Positions 1-6,250 of a DNA stretch of 6,250 nucleotides are shown in pieces (positions within the stretch are counted from its first letter, which is position 1; every line of letters begins with the position of its first letter). Position numbers and translations under genes: made by a program. The notes beneath the pieces are model-generated. The model was not told where the DNA came from, did not search any database, and was given only the letters and a program-made list of their open reading frames with translations. The DNA comes from Prasinococcaceae sp. CCMP 1430 (Eukaryota > Plantae > Prasinodermophyta). Location: contig RQSC01000579.1 of NCBI GenBank assembly GCA_013416795.1, forward strand, positions 20,459 through 26,708, written 5' to 3'.

Positions 1-4
1 CGAA

Positions 5-73
5 TTGGTGACCCGGTAGAGTTCTCCGACGCGGTCCGTCTGGCACTCAAATTTTTAGATTTGGAGCAGTTCT
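5..73 (+). repeat. Direct repeat of 6182-6250 (offset 6177 bp)
   Basis: ttggtgacccggtagagttctccgacgc... to ...ttggagcagttct; 5 transitions at 33/6210, 40/6217, 49/6226, 56/6233 and 59/6236. Confidence 0.97.
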
Positions 74-180
74 GTGGCCGCTATGAATTTTTGAATTTGT
101 GGCAGATTCTGGGCCAACTTGTACAATTTTCTTTATCATTAAGGAGTAGGCTAGCCAATAAGGTCACACCACCTACGACC

Positions 181-309
181 TTGCCTAGTCTACCTTACAT
201 GTGTAGCACCTGACTTGGCGCCTTTGACTAGTCCTCTTCACATGTGTGGCATCTGACTTGAAACTGTTGACTAGTTTGCTCCACATGTGTAAGACCTGAC
301 TTGACGCGC
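181..309 (+). repeat. Three degenerate tandem 43-bp units
   Basis: Units start at 181, 224 and 267 (TTG[C/A]CTAGT). ACATGTGT occurs at 197, 240 and 283, and CTGACTTG ends at 217, 260 and 303. The period is exactly 43. Confidence 0.9.
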
Positions 310-330
310 CGAGACGTCGCTTTTTCTATC

Positions 331-340
331 GGGGGGGTGA
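331..340 (+). other. Polypurine tract (plus-strand primer) of the upstream copy
   Basis: GGGGGGGTGA immediately precedes TGTAGTGA, the LTR start, and is itself preceded by a T-run at 321-325. Confidence 0.85.
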
Positions 341-843
341 TGTAGTGATTTGAGTTATTATATATTAGTTTGCATATATTTTAATGTTTTCAAATATATT
401 TGGAGTAGTATTGTGTGGAGTCAAGTGTGAATAGGTACTCTAGTAACTTGGTTCATGTCCTTTGAACCTTCCAAGGCATTTTCGAAGTTAGAGGAAAGAC
501 CTAGAAGAACTCCATGTGGCAAAAGTCAAATGTGCCATTTTTAGGTCAAAAGGACATGTGTACATTATTCTAGAAAGAGGTGGCAAGTTTTGGGATGTGT
601 TGGGTGCCAACACATCAACATACACCTTCCTAGAAATTACTTATGTAGCAAGTATATAAACAAGAGCTAGAACATAGAAAGACATTCCAGAATCACTCTT
701 GTACTTGCCAAAATCCAGAAATATATTAACTTTCAAGAAGCCATCTCTCTTTCAAGAAGCTACCACTTGTGTTCAAAGATCCTTGTCTTGAATAGATAAA
801 GTATTCTGTTTTACTAAGTACTTTATCTATCTGTTTCACTACA
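341..843 (+). repeat. Long terminal repeat (503 bp), flanked by a PPT on the left and a PBS on the right
   Basis: Starts TGTAGTGA and ends TCACTACA (perfect 8-bp terminal inverted repeat). It is AT-rich with an internal TATA box. A second LTR copy is not in the window, so the boundaries rest on the TIR, PPT and PBS. Confidence 0.9.
653..660 (+). promoter_or_regulatory. Probable TATA box of the LTR promoter
   Basis: TATATAAA inside the LTR at a plausible U3 position; the transcription start would be expected near 685-695 (inference). Confidence 0.65.
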
Positions 844-844
844 G

Positions 845-860
845 TGGTATCGGAGCTAGG
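845..860 (+). other. Primer-binding site for initiator tRNA-Met (plant type)
   Basis: TGGTATCGGAGCTAGG, 1 nt after the LTR end. The complement of the plant tRNA-iMet 3' end is TGGTATCAGAGCCAGG; both differences allow G:U pairs. Confidence 0.88.
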
Positions 861-880
861 CACTTTGGTAGCACAAGAAG

Positions 881-2161
881 ATGGCCGATCCTCAAGACCA
901 ACAGCAAGCTTTCGAAGGAAGCCCTTCCTCTCCAAGACACCCTCCTCCAGCGCCGATGGGAGAGCCCACTCAAGAAAATCTGCAACAACAAGAAGCACCA
1001 CAAGGAGGAGCACACCCTCCTCCAGCGTCGATGGGAGAGCCTACTCAAGGAAATCTGCAACAACAAGAAGCACCACAAGGAGGAGCACCGTCAAATCCCG
1101 TGGCAGCCGCTATAGCAAAGTTGACCCCACCACAAGGAGTTCCCGCAAATGAGTGGGCAGCCTTCCTAATGACCGTCCACAACCAAGTGGGCTTGGCCAC
1201 CTATGAAGCAACCGTGCAAGCGTCAAGAGAAGCTATGGCTGCCATGGTTGCCCCTATTGCGAGCAATGCTCAAAATCCAGCCCCGGCTCAAGCGCCTCCA
1301 CAAGAGCCAACGAGAGCAAGGAAACTCATCAAGCCCGGCAAACCCGACACTTTCAACCCCGGGAAAGGTGCCAACCTGAATTTATGGCTCTACCAAGTGG
1401 AGACGTACCTCGCGTTCCTTGAAGTACCCGAGGAGGACTACGTTCCCTTTGCCGTTACCTTACTTAGAGGAGCAGCAACATCATGGTGGCGTAACTATCA
1501 AGCGGCTATATATCAAGCTATGGCGCACCCCATGCTCGGCCAAGAGCCCCCACCATCATATGCAAGATGGGCAGATTTTCGTGAGGCCCTCAAGAAGCAA
1601 TTCATGCCCATCAATGCGGAGAAGATTGCCCGAGGAAAGCTCCACCATCTCAAGCAAACGACGTCCGTTCAAGAGTATACATCCAGATTTCACGCCCTCA
1701 CTCTTGAGATCCCCAACATGTCTCTCGAGGAGAAGATTGACCGCTACATCTTTGGCCTCAAACCCAAGGTGGCAAAGGAAGTGGAGTTACGCGACTTGAC
1801 GGACTTCTCAAAGATCATTGAAGTGGCCCAAAAGGTGGATACCTTGGATTTCAAGCACTCCGTGCCTTCATCTTCACGGGTACCGACGACGCGGGTGTAC
1901 GCAGCCCCTTCCACATCCGAATCTGGACCCACACCCATGGAAATCGGAGTTATTAAAAGGGACCCCGCGGCTGCCCGGAAGAGTGGAAGACCCTCCAATG
2001 ACACTTATGATGCAAGAAACCAGCAAGGAGTGAAAGCAAGACTCTCCCCGGCTGAAAAAGAAGCTCTCATGACGGCTGGACTATGCTTCTATTGCAAGGA
2101 AAAGGGCCATCGTGCACTTTCATGCCCCAAAAAGTTGTCAAAAAACGGACAGCGCCGGTAG
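881..2161 (+). CDS. gag: Gag polyprotein (capsid domain and single CCHC nucleocapsid zinc knuckle), 426 aa
   Basis: ATG in strong context (aagATGG). Retrotransposon-gag-like segment KPDTF...WLYQVE...GAATSWW...[12 protein letters not shown]...[14 protein letters not shown]...YIFGL, a PTPMEIG motif, and [14 protein letters not shown] (CX2CX4HX4C, 2084-2125). Confidence 0.95.
   Translation: MADPQDQQQAFEGSPSSPRHPPPAPMGEPTQENLQQQEAPQGGAHPPPASMGEPTQGNLQQQEAPQGGAPSNPVAAAIAKLTPPQGVPANEWAAFLMTVHNQVGLATYEATVQASREAMAAMVAPIASNAQNPAPAQAPPQEPTRARKLIKPGKPDTFNPGKGANLNLWLYQVETYLAFLEVPEEDYVPFAVTLLRGAATSWWRNYQAAIYQAMAHPMLGQEPPPSYARWADFREALKKQFMPINAEKIARGKLHHLKQTTSVQEYTSRFHALTLEIPNMSLEEKIDRYIFGLKPKVAKEVELRDLTDFSKIIEVAQKVDTLDFKHSVPSSSRVPTTRVYAAPSTSESGPTPMEIGVIKRDPAAARKSGRPSNDTYDARNQQGVKARLSPAEKEALMTAGLCFYCKEKGHRALSCPKKLSKNGQRR
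938..1087 (+). repeat. In-frame 75-bp tandem duplication in the Gag N-terminus
   Basis: 938-1012 versus 1013-1087, 72/75 identical. They encode [25 protein letters not shown] and [25 protein letters not shown]. Confidence 0.97.
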
Positions 2162-2175
2162 GCCAGGAGCCTACC
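2140..2175 (+). promoter_or_regulatory. Putative -1 programmed ribosomal frameshift signal
   Basis: A AAA AAC (2140-2146) is phased correctly in the gag frame. After a 10-nt spacer comes the stem GGTAGGC-cagga-GCCTACC (2157-2175). Pol lies in the -1 frame, which is open from 2056. Confidence 0.8.
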
Positions 2176-5100
2176 ACCCCAAGACCCACTTCACGAGAAG
2201 GCAACACGCCAAGTGAGGTGGAGACCCCCGTTGAAGACGACGTTCCAGCCCCAATGAGTTTGAGAGGTTACCTTGGAGGAGAGAAGGTCCACATCTTGGT
2301 GGATAGCGGAGCTCAAGGCAACTTCATTGCTGCAGATTTTGCCACCAAGCACGGTATTACTATGCGAACTCTTGACCACGACGAGGAGATTATGATGCCC
2401 GATGGATTCTCCTATACTACCCCTTCCAAGAAGACGTACCCCTTGGCACTCTCTATCAAGTCCTTCAAGGATAGAGTAGTGTTCTCCCCCATGCAATTGG
2501 GCAAGTACGACGTCATCCTAGGGACGCCTTGGTTGACCAAGCACAACCCCCAAGTTGATTGGAGGACCGGTACTATCAAGATCAAGAATGACATCACTTC
2601 AAGAATCTGTATTTTGCGCGCAATCCAGAATATCCAGACCCAAGACATCCAGAAGCCGGCACACGAGATACTATTGTCCGCCCTCCAACTCAAGAGACTT
2701 GTGAGGAAGGGACACGAGCTTCTTTTGGCCTTGATCACGCCAAAAGACATCAAGAAAGACATCGAGAGTCAAGAAGGCAGCCCCGTTCCCAAGGAGATAC
2801 AAGAAGTCTTAGAGGACTACAAAGAAGTGTTCTCCCCGGAATTGCCCAAGGGCCTACCCCCCAAAAGATTCGTAGACCACAAGATAGAGTTGGAGCCCGG
2901 AAGCAAGCCCATCTCTCGGCCTACGTTCAAAATGTCATACACGGAGCTAGACGAAGTCAAGAAGCAAATCAAGGAGCTACTGGAGCATGGCTTCATTCGA
3001 CCTAGCAAGTCGCCATTTGGAGCCCCGGTGCTATTTGTCAAGAAGAAAGATGGTACCTTGAGGATGTGTGTGGACTATCGCGCCCTCAACAAGATCACCA
3101 TCAAGAATCGATACCCGCTGCCGCGCATGGATGAGCTCATGGACCGGCTGGTTGGAGCCAAGTACTTCACGAAGATTGACTTACGGAGCGGCTACCACCA
3201 GATTCGCATCGCAGAACCGGACATAGAGAAGACGGCATTCAGGACAAGATATGGACATTTTGAGTTCATGGTCCTGCCATTTGGACTCACCAACGCGCCA
3301 GCAACTTTCATGACTATGATGAACACCATATTTCAGCCCATGTTGGACAGATTTGTGGTGGTATTCATCGATGACATCCTTATCTACAGCAAGACCCTTG
3401 AAGAGCATGCGAGACACTTGAAAGAAGTCCTTGAAGTATTGAAGCAAAACAAGCTGTTTGCGAAGGAGTCAAAATGCGAGTTTGCCAAACAAGAAGTGGA
3501 GTTCCTAGGTCTCCACGTGACTGCTGATGGCATCAAGATGGACCCCAAGAAGACCACGGTGGTGGAGGAATGGCCAACCCCCACGACCAAGAAAGAACTC
3601 CAGTCATTCTTGGGATTTGCCAATTGGTACAGAAAATTCATCCAAGGCTTCTCGCACATAGCAGCCCCCCTGACAGATCTACTCAAGAAGGACAGGCTAT
3701 ATACATGGACCGAGAAAGAGGAAGAGGCATTTCAAGAGTTAAAGCGAAGATTGACCACATCCCCGGTGCTCACACTCCCAAGTCCAAACCCAGATTGGCC
3801 CTTCCACGTCATCACCGATGCATCTTCCTATGCAATAGGAGCAATCCTGCTTCAAGACCAAGGCAAGGGACTGCAGCCCATCGCCTACGAGTCAAGGAAG
3901 CTAAATCCAGCCGAGCAAAATTATACAACCACGGAGCGAGAGGCATTGGCGATTGTACATGCCTTGAAGGTTTGGCGCTGCTACGTTGAAGGACGCAAAG
4001 TACTGGTCACCACGGACCACGAGGCGTTAAAGCACCTCCAAACGCAGCCGTATCTCTCAAGGAGACAAGCAAGATGGAGCGGATACTTGCAACAATACAA
4101 CATCACGATTCAGTACCAGCCCGGCAAGACAAACCCGGCTGACCCCCTCTCAAGACTGCAATTAAATGCAGTGATGGTATCCCTGAAGACAGATCTGGAA
4201 GCTCGATTTTCAGCCGCCTATGAAAGAGACCCTTACTACAAGAACGGAGAAGCAGCCTTGGACCCATGCAAGAAGCAAGAAGGCAATTATTGGGTGAGGC
4301 AAGATACGGGCCAGAGATGTGTTCCTAATGACTTAGACCTCCGGCTCTTGCTTCTACGAGAAGCACACGACAACCCTCTTGGAGGACACTTTGGAATCCT
4401 AAGGACCACGGGCGTTCTAGCTAGGACTTATTGTTGGCCAGGCATGTCTAAGCAAGTCAAGGAGTACTGCAGGAGCTGTGACACATGCCAAAGAATCAAG
4501 CCATCATCGCAAAAGGCGGGAGGACTCCTCCAACCACTACCAATCCCCGAAAGACAATGGACGGACATCTCAATGGACCTTATCGTGGACTTGCCCGTGA
4601 CACCTCGAGGCCATAATGCAATACTCACGGTGGTGGACAGACTTACCAAGATGGCTCATTTTATTCCCACGACGACTAAGGCTACAGCACCACAACTTGC
4701 AAGACTCATCTTTGACAACATCTTCCGACTCCATGGACTACCATCAAGAATTGTGTCAGATAGAGATCCAAGATTCACAAGCCATTTCTGGAAAAATCTC
4801 TTCAAGAACTTGGGTACATCGCTGGATATGTCTACTGCCTACCACCCACAATCAGATGGGCAAACCGAGCGTATGAATCGTACCCTAAAGACCTCTCTAA
4901 AGGCCTACGTGTCTACCCTCGAGCAAGACTGGGACATGTACTTGACCCCCCTCGAGTTTGCCTACAACAACACTACGCAGGCCTCTACCCAAGAGTCCCC
5001 ATTCTTCCTCAACTATGGCTTCCATCCGACCACGCCACTGAGCTTCACGGCTGGCCATGATGAAGTACCTGCAGCCACAGATTTTATGGAGACATTAGAA

Positions 5101-5748
5101 GCAGCCCTTACAGCAGCGAAGAAAGCTCTACAACACGCGCAAGATGCTCAAGCAAGAGTGGCGAACAGATCCAGAAGAGAAATTACGTACAGAGTGGGTG
5201 ACAACGTGTTACTATCATCCAAGAACATTTCCCTGAACAACAGGCCTGCCGGCAGCAAGTTCTCTCCCAAGTATTTGGGACCCTTCAAGATTATCCAGCA
5301 AGTCAACCCCGTTGCTTTCAAGCTAGAACTTCCCCAGACTATGCACATCGACCCCGTATTCCACGCTTCCCTCTTCAAGCCATATGTGCAACCCGACAAC
5401 AAGTTCCCAGGACGTGTGACAACCCCACCAGCCCCAACAATAGTGGATGATCATTTGGAGTACGAAGTGGAAGACATAGTGGCTATGAGAAATTTCAGGA
5501 GACAGCAGCAATACTTGATCAAGTGGAAAGGATATCCAGATTCGGAGAATAGTTGGGTGGCGGCGCACTACCTTGACAAAGTTCAGAGAAAGTTGAAGCG
5601 CTTCCATGCCGCCAACCCCCATCTTGGACCAGCCCCAAGTCTCTCTACTAGAAGCCCGAAGACTTCAGGGAGGCAGCCTGCCACCATCAAGAAGCAGCAG
5701 AAGACCCCTTGGAGGCAGCCTGCAAGAACAAGAAAGAGGAAAAATTGA
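2146..5748 (+). CDS. pol: Pol (PR-RT-RNase H-integrase-chromodomain), probably made as a Gag-Pol fusion of about 1622 aa; the ORF-track ATG at 2083 is probably not used
   Basis: Uninterrupted frame with motifs LVDSGA, YRALNK, FIDD, TDAS/E/TDH, HHCC, D-D35E, GPF and a chromodomain. Confidence 0.96.
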   Translation, partial: RTAPVGQEPTTPRPTSREGNTPSEVETPVEDDVPAPMSLRGYLGGEKVHILVDSGAQGNFIAADFATKHGITMRTLDHDEEIMMPDGFSYTTPSKKTYPLALSIKSFKDRVVFSPMQLGKYDVILGTPWLTKHNPQVDWRTGTIKIKNDITSRICILRAIQNIQTQDIQKPAHEILLSALQLKRLVRKGHELLLALITPKDIKKDIESQEGSPVPKEIQEVLEDYKEVFSPELPKGLPPKRFVDHKIELEPGSKPISRPTFKMSYTELDEVKKQIKELLEHGFIRPSKSPFGAPVLFVKKKDGTLRMCVDYRALNKITIKNRYPLPRMDELMDRLVGAKYFTKIDLRSGYHQIRIAEPDIEKTAFRTRYGHFEFMVLPFGLTNAPATFMTMMNTIFQPMLDRFVVVFIDDILIYSKTLEEHARHLKEVLEVLKQNKLFAKESKCEFAKQEVEFLGLHVTADGIKMDPKKTTVVEEWPTPTTKKELQSFLGFANWYRKFIQGFSHIAAPLTDLLKKDRLYTWTEKEEEAFQELKRRLTTSPVLTLPSPNPDWPFHVITDASSYAIGAILLQDQGKGLQPIAYESRKLNPAEQNYTTTEREALAIVHALKVWRCYVEGRKVLVTTDHEALKHLQTQPYLSRRQARWSGYLQQYNITIQYQPGKTNPADPLSRLQLNAVMVSLKTDLEARFSAAYERDPYYKNGEAALDPCKKQEGNYWVRQDTGQRCVPNDLDLRLLLLREAHDNPLGGHFGILRTTGVLARTYCWPGMSKQVKEYCRSCDTCQRIKPSSQKAGGLLQPLPIPERQWTDISMDLIVDLPVTPRGHNAILTVVDRLTKMAHFIPTTTKATAPQLARLIFDNIFRLHGLPSRIVSDRDPRFTSHFWKNLFKNLGTSLDMSTAYHPQSDGQTERMNRTLKTSLKAYVSTLEQDWDMYLTPLEFAYNNTTQASTQESPFFLNYGFHPTTPLSFTAGHDEVPAATDFMETLEAALTAAKKALQHAQDAQARVANRSRREITYRVGDNVLLSSKNISLNNRPAGSKFSPKYLGPFKIIQQVNPVAFKLELPQTMHIDPVFHASLFKPYVQPDNKFPGRVTTPPAPTIVDDHLEYEVEDIVAMRNFRRQQQYLIKWKGYPDSENSWVAAHYLDKVQRKLKRFHAANPHLGPAPSLSTRSPKTSGRQPATIKKQQKTPWRQPARTRKRKN
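2254..2580 (+). other. Aspartic protease domain (approximate bounds)
   Basis: [13 protein letters not shown] (DSG at 2302-2310) ... [19 protein letters not shown]. Confidence 0.9.
2878..3760 (+). other. Reverse transcriptase domain (approximate bounds)
   Basis: [61 protein letters not shown] (FIDD 3364-3375), FLG. Confidence 0.95.
3799..4155 (+). other. RNase H domain (approximate bounds)
   Basis: TDAS (D at 3817), ERE (3934-3942), TDH (D at 4015), ADPLSR (D at 4141). Confidence 0.92.
4336..5380 (+). other. Integrase: HHCC finger, DDE core and GPF motif (approximate bounds)
   Basis: H4366, H4387, C4477, C4486; D4576, D4759, E4867 (35 residues between the second D and E); YLGPFKI with GPF at 5278-5286. 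Confidence 0.95.
5458..5610 (+). other. Chromodomain with intact aromatic cage (group I type)
   Basis: [39 protein letters not shown] follows the HP1-like pattern; cage positions Y (5461), W (5524) and Y (5533) are all aromatic. Confidence 0.92.
5659..5742 (+). repeat. Degenerate 42-bp in-frame duplication in the basic C-terminal tail of Pol
   Basis: AAGAC at 5659 and 5701; GGAGGCAGCCTGC at 5669-5681 and 5711-5723. Encodes [14 protein letters not shown] and [14 protein letters not shown]. Confidence 0.7.
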
Positions 5749-6250
5749 CATTAGACACTCTTCTCTTCTCGCAGTTTCTGGACAGAAAACTAAAACTGCT
5801 ACTGGTAATAGGTCTCTGCATAATAAATTCTGAAAATTTACCTGGCTGTAGTCCATGAGTAGCCGGTCATTTAGAGTCCAAGTTTGCTCAATTTGGAGCA
5901 CTGGTGAGAGAGATATGATGCTCTAAGTAGAAGGGGGTCAGGCTGCTGGCATTGTTAGGGCAGAATATGCCTTCTGACATTGTGCCCTCCCCTGAACTTG
6001 GAATGCTCTGAAACTCAAGACTCTGGTAGAACATCTTACAGCGCCCAGTTTGAGACTTAGTTTGCAGAATTTGGAGAAGTATAGAAGGACTTATGATTTT
6101 CAGAAGTTTCTGCACAGATTTGGAGGAGTGCCTACTCTCTCAGCTCTCAACGACACTCCAGAAATGAGAATGCTCTCAAATTTGGTGACCCGGTAGAGTT
6201 CTCCGACGCAGTCCGTTTGGCACTCGAATTTTCAGGTTTGGAGCAGTTCT
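5749..6250 (+). other. 3' non-coding region between the pol stop and the off-window PPT
   Basis: No LTR sequence appears after the stop, and the last 69 nt match the upstream copy. If colinear, the PPT falls near 6508 and the 3' LTR starts near 6518 (inference). Confidence 0.75.

Larger units (their letters stand above)
1..340 (+). mobile_element. 3' non-coding end (3' UTR and PPT) of a second, related copy of the same element
   Basis: 5-73 aligns without gaps to 6182-6250 (64/69 identical), which is the 3' UTR of the main element. The segment ends in a G-rich PPT directly abutting the TG of the LTR. Confidence 0.85.
341..6250 (+). mobile_element. Ty3/Gypsy LTR retrotransposon, chromovirus branch; 3' end (PPT and 3' LTR) runs off the window
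   Basis: LTR with TG...CA ends, PBS, gag with CCHC knuckle, pol in Ty3/Gypsy order PR-RT-RH-IN, integrase with GPF motif and C-terminal chromodomain. Confidence 0.97.

Noticed and set aside
181-309. 43-bp array as a CRISPR-like repeat-spacer locus
   Set aside because: The variable blocks are only 4-7 nt, there are three units, there are no cas genes, and the context is a eukaryotic retrotransposon.
1-340. Region 1-340 as part of a longer LTR, or the window as a circular contig with terminal overlap
   Set aside because: The PPT and the 8-bp TIR fix the LTR start at 341, and five substitutions between the two ends are not expected from a self-overlap.
844-1152. 102-aa + strand ORF overlapping the PBS and gag, with repeated [14 protein letters not shown]
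   Set aside because: It starts at a GTG within the PBS region, and its repeat is just the gag 75-bp duplication read in another frame.
2083-2145. ATG at 2083 as an independent pol start (MLLLQGKG...)
   Set aside because: It overlaps the gag zinc knuckle codons, and a properly phased slippery site plus stem explains pol expression better.
3364-3375. FIDD instead of YxDD in RT as an inactivating change
   Set aside because: FIDD is a common active-site variant in plant Ty3/Gypsy reverse transcriptases.
5724-5744. Purine-rich run at the end of pol as a PPT
   Set aside because: Explained by Arg/Lys codons, and no LTR follows.
726-5901. Numerous 71-139 aa antisense and alternate-frame ORFs
   Set aside because: They are shadows of the gag/pol codon structure, with no recognisable motifs or independent signals.
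5929-5940. PPT-like AGAAGGGGGTCA
   Set aside because: It is not followed by TGTAGTGA or any LTR sequence; the true PPT is predicted near 6508 by colinearity.
5888-6115. 75-aa antisense ORF in the 3' UTR
   Set aside because: GTG start, an in-frame stop shortly upstream (6140-6142) and no recognisable domain.
5749-6250. env-like gene
   Set aside because: No long ORF with a signal peptide or transmembrane segment is visible in the available 3' region.

Overview
The window holds a nearly complete, apparently intact Ty3/Gypsy LTR retrotransposon of the chromovirus type on the + strand. Its parts are a 503-bp LTR (341-843), a plant-type tRNA-iMet primer-binding site, gag (881-2161), and pol in the -1 frame (PR-RT-RH-IN-chromodomain, ending 5748), joined by a canonical A_AAA_AAC slippery site with a hairpin. 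About 500 bp of 3' non-coding region follows; the 3' LTR lies beyond the window. The DNA upstream of the LTR is not host flank. It ends in a polypurine tract abutting the LTR, and bases 5-73 match bases 6182-6250 (64/69 identical, offset 6177 bp). The LTR therefore appears to be shared by two related elements arranged head-to-tail, unless this is an assembly join. A land-plant host is inferred from the PBS, not proven.
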